Source: a virus. From it: 40,542 bases of DNA. The stretch lies in UHGV virus genome UHGV-0192375, one strand, 5' to 3'. The position numbers and the translations under genes were made by a program. Below the pieces are notes generated by a model. That model saw only the letters and a list, made by a program, of their open reading frames with translations. It made no database searches and had not been told where the DNA came from. Positions within the stretch are counted from its first letter, which is position 1. The number at the start of each line of letters is the position of its first letter. Below are positions 34,264 through 40,542 of the stretch, piece by piece.

Positions 34264-34307
34264 CTTAGTAAAGTTGTTTTGAGGATTAAAAACTAACAGC
34301 ATATGCT

Positions 34308-36191
34308 TCACGCAGCGCGTACTTTTGGCATGCATAATTCTGGCAGATTTGCCCTCACCAGCGCCTCAGCGAATGGCGGAGGAACTGCATTTCCACAACG
34401 TGCCACCTGCTTATCCTTTGCGTACTTCACGCCCCGGAAATCCTGGTCGATGATGTACCACTCCGGGAAGCCCTGCGCCCGGTATAGCTCATGCGGTTGC
34501 AGCATGCGCATGCCAATATCAACGATGCGATAAACTACCCCATCCAGCGTCACCAGGCCAGTGCTGTCCGGGCCACAATATTCGCGCAGGAACTCCAGCA
34601 CCTGCTGCGCGCGCTGCTCGTCATACCCGTCTACGGCCAGCATGGTTTTCACCTCTCCCACATGCGTGCCACCAGCGGTAATGGTCGGCATTGGCTGGTC
34701 GGTGCGCTGTCCGTCCCGACAGGTTCCACGCAGCTTCACCAGATGAGAGGTTACCGCGGCATGATGATCGACGGTTGTCACAGAGTGCATCGGTTCGTCC
34801 ATGTCCACGCCAGCGCCCTGGTAATTCCCGCCGTAGTGCTTCGCCAGGAACGCGCTCACAGTGGCGAATTTATTGCCGCCTGCCGTAACGGTACCCAGCG
34901 GGTTATCCAGTTGCAGCACGCGCGGCTCCTGCCCCAGACGTTCGCCATAGCCCATCTGAATGAGCGTGGGCATAACCAGCTGCGATTTACCGCCGCCACC
35001 AGCGGTGATTGTCGCACTTGGTTCATCTGCCCGATGTCCTACGCTGGCGCCGAACTGACGACCAACAAAAGGTGTAAGCGCGGCTTCTACCATGCCCAGT
35101 GCATGCCCGTTGCCGCCCGGACGCTTCGATGTACCTGCGGTGATCGTCGGTACCGGTTCAGTTACTTCCTGCCCGGTAGCACCCGTGCGGAACTTCGTCA
35201 GGTGCGGTACTGCGATTGCGTAGCCGTGTTTTTTTGTGATGGTCTGCAAGGGCTCATTCAGGCTCTGGCCTCTGAAACAGTCATAACCCGAACGGGTGCT
35301 GGTGTGGTTACACTTCACGATGAACGGCGTCGGATTGTCCAGGACGAAACGCTGAATTCCCCGGGCGATTCGCTTAAGCGTGTTTTCTGCCAGCGGCTTT
35401 TTACGGCCAAAAATTGACGGCGCGGCAATTGACCAATCGATGCATTCAGCAGCTGTTCGCCATGGTGCCAGCTTACCAGCCTGAACTGCTGGAGATTTCG
35501 GATCCGCGTGGGTTACTTCCGGCCAGGTCACAGGCACGCCGTCGCAGCGCATCACCATGAAGAACCGCTTCCGGATGGTCGGTGCACCAAAGTCGCAGGC
35601 GCGCAGTTCGCGGTAATCGACTGCATAACCCAGCCCGGCCACCAGCTGCTGCGCCAGCATGCCGTCGGCGGCAATGCCCAGGAACTCGCAGCACTCCTCC
35701 AGCGCCGGATGCCCGGCGGGGATACCTCCGGACAACATGCCGCAGAACGCTTCAAAGGTTTCGCCTGCGCGTTCCGGGTCCGGGCGCTGCCCACCGTCAG
35801 CCGATACGATTAGCGGACCCCACGTTTTGAACTCCTCCACGTTCTCCAGCATCATCACGCGCGGTCGCACCGCCAGCGCCCAACGAATGACGATCCACGC
35901 CAGACCGCGAATCTCTTTCTCCACCGGCTTCGAGCCTTTGGCTTTCGAGAAGTGGCGACAGTCCGGGGAGAACCACGCCAGCCCCACCGGGCGGCCAGCG
36001 GTCGCCAGCTGAGGGTTTACGTCAAACACGGATTCGCAATAGTGCAGCGTATCGGGGTGGTTGGTGGTGTGCATCGCAACGGCGTTCGGGTCGTGGTTGA
36101 TCGCAATATCCACACTGCGCCCGATAGCCATTTCAATGCCTGTACTCGCCCCGCCGCCGCCGGCAAAGTTATCGACAATAATTTCTCTCAC
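34308..36191 (-). CDS. DNA (cytosine-5)-methyltransferase, orphan, with an extended variable region carrying four repeated TITAG(G) target-recognition-like modules (putatively multispecific)
   Basis: Motif I VDNFAGGGGAS, IV SPDCRHFSKAKG, VI MLENVEEF, VIII PTIRKRF, IX/X GNAVPPPF; about 390 aa between VIII and IX containing PVPTITAGT, PSATITAGGG, PLGTVTAGGN, PMPTITAGGT repeats; no adjacent restriction endonuclease. Confidence 0.85.
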   Translation of the reverse strand: MREIIVDNFAGGGGASTGIEMAIGRSVDIAINHDPNAVAMHTTNHPDTLHYCESVFDVNPQLATAGRPVGLAWFSPDCRHFSKAKGSKPVEKEIRGLAWIVIRWALAVRPRVMMLENVEEFKTWGPLIVSADGGQRPDPERAGETFEAFCGMLSGGIPAGHPALEECCEFLGIAADGMLAQQLVAGLGYAVDYRELRACDFGAPTIRKRFFMVMRCDGVPVTWPEVTHADPKSPAVQAGKLAPWRTAAECIDWSIAAPSIFGRKKPLAENTLKRIARGIQRFVLDNPTPFIVKCNHTSTRSGYDCFRGQSLNEPLQTITKKHGYAIAVPHLTKFRTGATGQEVTEPVPTITAGTSKRPGGNGHALGMVEAALTPFVGRQFGASVGHRADEPSATITAGGGGKSQLVMPTLIQMGYGERLGQEPRVLQLDNPLGTVTAGGNKFATVSAFLAKHYGGNYQGAGVDMDEPMHSVTTVDHHAAVTSHLVKLRGTCRDGQRTDQPMPTITAGGTHVGEVKTMLAVDGYDEQRAQQVLEFLREYCGPDSTGLVTLDGVVYRIVDIGMRMLQPHELYRAQGFPEWYIIDQDFRGVKYAKDKQVARCGNAVPPPFAEALVRANLPELCMPKVRAA

Positions 36192-36940
36192 GCGTATTCC
36201 TCCATGGCGGCGGCCAGCGAACGGGCAGCAACGACAATTGACGGTACCGGCAACTTCTCAAGCCACATCCGGTTGATGTGATGTTTCAGGCGACGCTGGT
36301 GGTGTGCCGGGAGATCCCCGGCGTTTTCAATCTGGCTGTATACCATTCCGACTTCGTCAGGCCAGACGGTATCCTGCACGTCCACCAGCAGGAGGTTTTC
36401 CAGCTCGATAATTCGTTTCGTGGCGTACTGCAATTGCGGGTCAAAGTTGTCCTGTGGCTCACCGTCTTTAACGAAGGATATCCAGTGGGTTTTGTCATTT
36501 TTCCCGGTACGCTGACCAATGATTGGTTTTACATCCGTCAGCGCCAGAACCTGGCTAACTGGAATCTGAGTTTCGTTCCATTTGAAAATGAGTACACCGT
36601 GTGGCCGCAATACTCGGAATGCCTCTTTGAAACCGGCGCGCAGGTCAGAACGCCACGTTTTTTTGTTCAATCGCCCATATTTTTTACCCATCCAGGCAGC
36701 TTCACCAACTCGTTCAAGATGAGGAGGGTCGAAAACCACTACGGGGAAGGTGTTATCAGCAAACGGCAGCGCGCGAAAGTCAGCAATGAAATCAGGACTG
36801 ATAACCAGACGGCGGCCATCGCAAAGCTCATGCTCCTCACTGCGAATGTCGGTAAAGACAGCGCGAGAGTCGCATTTGTTTAACCAGAACATGCGGGAAC
36901 CGCAGCACATATCGAGTATTATTTTCTCGGACATGTTCAC
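36188..36940 (-). CDS. DNA N6-adenine (or N4-cytosine) methyltransferase, orphan
   Basis: Motif I ILDMCCGS followed by motif IV VVFDPPH; 250 aa; overlaps the start of the C5-MTase. Confidence 0.8.
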   Translation of the reverse strand: MNMSEKIILDMCCGSRMFWLNKCDSRAVFTDIRSEEHELCDGRRLVISPDFIADFRALPFADNTFPVVVFDPPHLERVGEAAWMGKKYGRLNKKTWRSDLRAGFKEAFRVLRPHGVLIFKWNETQIPVSQVLALTDVKPIIGQRTGKNDKTHWISFVKDGEPQDNFDPQLQYATKRIIELENLLLVDVQDTVWPDEVGMVYSQIENAGDLPAHHQRRLKHHINRMWLEKLPVPSIVVAARSLAAAMEEYA

Positions 36941-37344
36941 TCTCCTTTTGCGGCAGCGCGGCAGACATTCCAGATTTTCTGTGCCAAAAATTTATCGCCA
37001 ATGTTATGCGCCAACAGGCTGACAATCTGACCGGCCAGGCCTTTTGGCATTTCCTCCGGCAACATCAGCGCTGGCGGAGCGGTGTAAACAACACTTTCAA
37101 TCCAGTGCGCGCCATCCTCATTGCAATGGCACTTCGACTCTAATGGCTCGTCCAAACCCTCTGCGCCACACGCGCTACAGGTAAAAAGTTTACGGCTCCT
37201 TGCTTCGAGCGATGCCAACGCCAGTTTCATCGCAGCCAGCGCCATAGTCGCATCTTCGTTTACTGCGCCTGGCGTCGCATCGCGCTCTTCTTCAAGCTCC
37301 ACAATAGTCTGATTTAGCCATTCTCTTAGGGGCGCATTCATCAC
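36937..37344 (-). CDS. Hypothetical Cys-containing protein (135 aa)
   Basis: ORF with overlapping start/stop in the operon; CSACG...CHCNEDGAHW cluster. Confidence 0.5.
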   Translation of the reverse strand: MMNAPLREWLNQTIVELEEERDATPGAVNEDATMALAAMKLALASLEARSRKLFTCSACGAEGLDEPLESKCHCNEDGAHWIESVVYTAPPALMLPEEMPKGLAGQIVSLLAHNIGDKFLAQKIWNVCRAAAKGE

Positions 37345-37673
37345 TTCAATCCCTCCAGCATTGGTAGCCGGTACACAGGTACCGCTTTGTATTCCTCTCC
37401 CGGTGATTCTGCCATTTCGTTGAGGGCGCTAATTTCTGAGACTAAGGCATCCTCGCCATAAGCAACGCAGAACTCATCTAAATGCGCCTCGCCTTCCGAA
37501 TCAGCTATGGCATACAGGAACGGCTCGGCCTTCAACACTGCCTGCGCAATTTTAGCCAGGCATTTATCCATCTGCGCCAGCTTGCTCTCAGGGAATCCGG
37601 CAACCATAGCGAGTCGCATTTCTGTACGCGCAATCAACTGCTCTTTGGTGAATTCTTTGGTAATTGTGCTCAT
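37341..37673 (-). CDS. Hypothetical protein (110 aa)
   Basis: ORF in operon context. Confidence 0.5.
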   Translation of the reverse strand: MSTITKEFTKEQLIARTEMRLAMVAGFPESKLAQMDKCLAKIAQAVLKAEPFLYAIADSEGEAHLDEFCVAYGEDALVSEISALNEMAESPGEEYKAVPVYRLPMLEGLK

Positions 37674-37930
37674 GCAGCCGCCTTGTTGTGCGAAAAACGT
37701 TTCAGGTCAAAGTCGATTGTTGCCCGCAGGTCACGGAAGATACCGCAGCGCCCGTGACGAACCAGGCCACCCTGCTCTACCGCTACGCGAAGATATTTCT
37801 CCGCCGTGGTCCGGTGCAGGCCGAACATCGCAACGACATCATTCGTGGTGATGCGTCCCTGCTCCTTCACCAGTTCGATAATCCGGTTGATGATCAGGGT
37901 GCGTTCTTTGTCGGTTTTCTTTCTTGCCAT
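37670..37930 (-). CDS. Small winged-HTH DNA-binding protein (86 aa), paralogous to the N-terminus of the next gene
   Basis: Shared pattern E..I.....G.IT..DV......TA.KYLR.....G.LVR. Confidence 0.55.
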   Translation of the reverse strand: MARKKTDKERTLIINRIIELVKEQGRITTNDVVAMFGLHRTTAEKYLRVAVEQGGLVRHGRCGIFRDLRATIDFDLKRFSHNKAAA

Positions 37931-37933
37931 CGG

Positions 37934-38353
37934 TTACGCCCTCCCTGCCATGCGAAGACAAACTTTCCGGCGCTTCGCTATTCGAGCTACCTCTACAGCG
38001 CTGCCGGCGATCCCAAACATGTCGGTGTACACAGCTGCTGCTCGCCGCCATAACCCCTTTTCCTCAAGTGCTTTCGCTTTCTGCTCTGCGGATTGCATCC
38101 TGACCGGATCGCTTTTTTCCACCATGCAGGGAAGGATCACATCCGGAATAACGGCATCTGGTGCCGCGGTGTACATAAACTGGCCCCCGCTACGCGCACG
38201 AACTAACACGCCTTCATTACTTAACTCACGCAGTAACTTCCCTGATGCAGCGCTGGACATATCCAGTGCTTCGCAAATGTCGCCAACTGCGCAGTTCGGT
38301 TGGTAGCGCACGAAAATCGCCACCTGCTCTTTCTGGGTTAATGGTTTGGTCAT
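37934..38353 (-). CDS. Winged-HTH + PerC/Pch-like transcriptional activator fusion (139 aa)
   Basis: C-terminal ALEEKGLWRRAAAVY...CLRMA resembles the PerC/Pch core (EAAGLWRRAA); N-terminal wHTH; its start codon is part of linker copy 4. Confidence 0.55.
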   Translation of the reverse strand: MTKPLTQKEQVAIFVRYQPNCAVGDICEALDMSSAASGKLLRELSNEGVLVRARSGGQFMYTAAPDAVIPDVILPCMVEKSDPVRMQSAEQKAKALEEKGLWRRAAAVYTDMFGIAGSAVEVARIAKRRKVCLRMAGRA

Positions 38354-38370
38354 TGGTCAAATCTCGATTA
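38351..38370 (-). repeat. Copy 4 of conserved linker TAATCGAGATTTGACCAATG (stop of P-like gene + 14 nt + start of PerC-like gene)
   Basis: 19/20 identical to copies 1 and 3. Confidence 0.8.
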
Positions 38371-39039
38371 GTTGGTTAAACCTGCCGCTTTGCGGCGCTT
38401 GTACTCTTCCATCAGCAGCTGTGCCGGAGTTGGCCCTGCCGGATGCTGCGGTGCAGCAAGCTGGCGACGGATTGGTGGAACCGACAACCCGTTGCTCACG
38501 TGCTTCGTCCATTTGGTCAATAACTTCTCAGCGAGTTTCTTCAGTTCCCCCTCAGTCATCTGGCGCTCTACGCCAGTCCTGCGCATTTCGATGCAGATGT
38601 GGTACAAAACCGGCTGCGGCCACGGGTATTTATCACTTCCCGAAAAACGATATGACTCGCTACGCCAACGGCGGTATTCAGTCATCACCCGATCCGATGT
38701 AAGCCCGAACGGGTTAGCCCCACTCTCAGAAACCAGCGATACGAACTCAGCCAGATCAGGAGGCCATGTGTTACCTACCGCGCAGCGCTCCATGCACTGC
38801 TGGCAAACCAGTTTAATCTGGGCCTCAGTCATCGAACCTATCTGAGCTATCCAGAGGGCCGTAGGCTCTGCCCCATTCTTCTGTGTCCATCGGTTCGAGA
38901 AGATTTCCCCCATCACCTGCCATAGCCGCCATGCCGTTTCCGTCGCCATCAAGTCCGTTCCGGCGTCGCCACTCTGCGTGTGCTGATTGAATTTGCTGAA
39001 CAGCTCGGGATGCTGTTGGTTCTGATCGAACTGCTGCAT
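38368..39039 (-). CDS. Replication-module protein in the P position (putative helicase-loader/replication protein P-like; function unverified)
   Basis: Strong GGAGG RBS; directly follows, and overlaps by about 215 nt out of frame, the O-like initiator gene. Confidence 0.5.
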   Translation of the reverse strand: MQQFDQNQQHPELFSKFNQHTQSGDAGTDLMATETAWRLWQVMGEIFSNRWTQKNGAEPTALWIAQIGSMTEAQIKLVCQQCMERCAVGNTWPPDLAEFVSLVSESGANPFGLTSDRVMTEYRRWRSESYRFSGSDKYPWPQPVLYHICIEMRRTGVERQMTEGELKKLAEKLLTKWTKHVSNGLSVPPIRRQLAAPQHPAGPTPAQLLMEEYKRRKAAGLTN

Positions 39040-39883
39040 TGTCGGTACCTCCGGATTGTGGTTTTGTCTGGACCTTTGCGCGATCCAGATGGCGGGCCAA
39101 TTTTTGCTCCCACTGGATTTGATGAAAAACTTTCCCTTCGGCTTGCCAGTAAGCGATGAAACTACTCAGTTCCGCTTCAAAATTTATTCCCGCCTTCAAC
39201 GGCATCCCCCACAAAACCGCCTGACGTTCAAAATCGACTGATGGTTTCCAGGCCTGATGCATCTGGAATTTCCCGAATGATTGCTGTGGTCCAAATCCGA
39301 TACCGGGTTGGTTCGGATAATCTGGAATAGCAGGTTCGACCAGTTCGCTATGTGTGGGGTTTAGATCTTTATGGTTCCTTGGTAGATTCCGTGTCCCGTT
39401 TTTGGGACTGTTTAAAGGGAAAAACGGTACTCTTTGGTTAAAATTCGAACTATTAACAATCCCGATTTTGGTATTGTTATCCTCGTTAACAGTCCCGTTA
39501 ATGGTACTGTTCGCATTAACAGTTCCGTTATCGGGATCATTTCGTTGAACAGTCCCCTTTTTGGTACCGTTTAAACGGTACCGATTTCGGGCTTGTTCTG
39601 CATCGGGGATGCTTTCTTCAACGCCCACCAGCCTGTAAACAGGTATTTGTTTAGTCCTGCCACGCCGTTCCCCGGTGTCCACAACAAGGCCGATTTCCTG
39701 TAGATGCTGCAATCCTGCAAGCACAGTCTTTCTGTCCATCTCAGTAGCCTCTGCAAGCGCAGCGACAGATGGATAAGCGCATAAGTCAGCACCGCACATA
39801 TCAGCCAGCCAGGTTAATATCGCCTTGCTGGAAGATTTTCCGGTTTTAACTTTTTTGGCCCACCGCATTGCATCAATGCTCAT
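38825..39883 (-). CDS. Replication initiator (lambda O-like N-terminal HTH + DnaT-like C-terminal domain) containing the origin iterons
   Basis: [12 protein letters not shown]...[11 protein letters not shown]-terminus typical of phage replication initiators; C-terminal DnaT-like segment; iterons within the coding sequence; GGAGG RBS. Confidence 0.8.
   Translation of the reverse strand: MSIDAMRWAKKVKTGKSSSKAILTWLADMCGADLCAYPSVAALAEATEMDRKTVLAGLQHLQEIGLVVDTGERRGRTKQIPVYRLVGVEESIPDAEQARNRYRLNGTKKGTVQRNDPDNGTVNANSTINGTVNEDNNTKIGIVNSSNFNQRVPFFPLNSPKNGTRNLPRNHKDLNPTHSELVEPAIPDYPNQPGIGFGPQQSFGKFQMHQAWKPSVDFERQAVLWGMPLKAGINFEAELSSFIAYWQAEGKVFHQIQWEQKLARHLDRAKVQTKPQSGGTDNAAVRSEPTASRAVQQIQSAHAEWRRRNGLDGDGNGMAAMAGDGGNLLEPMDTEEWGRAYGPLDSSDRFDD
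39391..39570. repeat. Origin-like iterons: four direct repeats of TTAACAGTCCCGTT with 29-33 bp spacing, an inverted copy (GGGACTGTT) and a flanking AT-rich stretch inside the O-like gene
   Basis: Copies at about 39453, 39486, 39517 and 39546; they encode the N-rich NGTVN repeats of the initiator; analogous to lambda ori within O. Confidence 0.7.
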
Positions 39884-39902
39884 GAAGCCTCCGGGTTGAA
39901 TT

Positions 39903-39922
39903 CATTGGTCAAAACTCGATTA
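39903..39922 (-). repeat. Copy 3 of conserved linker TAATCGAGTTTTGACCAATG (stop of CII-like gene + 14 nt + ATG of a 10-codon uORF preceding O)
   Basis: Identical to copy 1. Confidence 0.8.
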
Positions 39923-40474
39923 AAAAAATTGCGGCGCTACGGCGCTAATACTCGCCAGTAGTGGTCCCGCCGTCTCAGCTGGTAGCATGTTGAATAAGGC
40001 GATTGCCGCTTCACGTATTTCTTTCTCAAGCTTCTGTAACGGAGCACCGAGAAGTTTCGCCTGGTGTGCCTCGCTGCATTCTTTGATTGCGCTCGCCACC
40101 AATTCGGTTTCTGTCTTTGCCTTACTGAGACCGTGCTTTCGGGCGATCTGAATAGGCATGGCAGCAATGATTGCGCCAGAAAGTTGCATGACGTAAGCGG
40201 TGTATTTATCAGACCCACTTTCGTTTTTCAGGTACCGGAAAAGATTCTGCTTATTAACCGCGATGCCGCGCCCACCACGCTTCGACCACTGCTCAGCCAC
40301 CAGTTGCGCGATCTTTTCCTGAGCCTGTCCTGGTAACGTTGACTCCCACTCCCGAACAGCCTCAAAGATGGTGCGACTGCGTATCGAGTCTCTTCGAGTA
40401 GGAGCAAACTGATTATTTGTTTTCAAAGAAATAAAAGTCTGGGGAATAGAATGTTCATAAGGGATCTGTTGCAT
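39920..40474 (-). CDS. CII-like regulatory protein (position-based; possibly Phage_CP76 family)
   Basis: 184 aa; AAGGAG RBS; located immediately upstream of the O-P replication genes as cII is in lambda. Confidence 0.45.
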   Translation of the reverse strand: MQQIPYEHSIPQTFISLKTNNQFAPTRRDSIRSRTIFEAVREWESTLPGQAQEKIAQLVAEQWSKRGGRGIAVNKQNLFRYLKNESGSDKYTAYVMQLSGAIIAAMPIQIARKHGLSKAKTETELVASAIKECSEAHQAKLLGAPLQKLEKEIREAAIALFNMLPAETAGPLLASISAVAPQFF

Positions 40475-40542
40475 GCCTCACTCCTTATGTGAGTTAGGTG
40501 GAAAAATGCTATCGAGGGTACATTGAGACCCGAGCTCATTAA

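Noticed and set aside
38368-39039. Calling the 223-aa protein a bona fide lambda P homolog or NinB
   Set aside because: Only positional evidence; I could not recall a matching family signature. Kept as a P-position replication-module protein with low confidence.
1-40542. CRISPR arrays, IS elements or transposases
   Set aside because: No regularly spaced direct repeats with unique spacers, and no transposase-like ORF or terminal inverted repeats observed. The only mobile elements are the two prophages.

Overview
This window is the junction of two prophages lying in the same orientation. Positions 1 to about 5,900 are the immunity, early-left and integration end of prophage A on the + strand. 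They contain an XRE-type repressor with palindromic operators, a pL-like promoter, small coupled ORFs, a large exonuclease that pairs a RecE-like N-terminal region with a C-terminal DnaQ/DEDDh exonuclease domain, xis, a lambda-family int, and P'-arm-like repeats. Positions 5,900 to 7,800 form a junction holding a hicAB toxin-antitoxin pair and an AT-rich GT17 glycosyltransferase moron. Positions 7,814 to 40,542 are nearly the whole of prophage B on the minus strand. Its early region has a CII-like gene, an O-like initiator with internal iterons, a P-like gene and PerC-like/HTH regulators. Its nin-like region has two orphan DNA methyltransferases (a putatively multispecific C5 enzyme and an N6/N4 enzyme), a recA paralog behind a LexA box, a LexA DNA-binding-domain-only protein, a DUF968 protein and a Q-like gene. 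Downstream are pR'/tR', a lysis cassette (holin, GH19 endolysin, Rz/Rz1), an antisense moron in the bor slot, a lambda-like head module (Nu1/A/W/portal and a protease-scaffold-MCP fusion), and a P2-like contractile tail (V, FI, FII, E/E', T, U, X, D, W, J, I, H, G). The observations most worth follow-up are the phage SOS module (recA plus truncated LexA), the RecE-N/DEDDh chimera, the multi-TRD C5 methyltransferase, and a 20-bp stop-to-start linker conserved four times across both prophages. No tRNA, rRNA, CRISPR array or IS element was recognisable.
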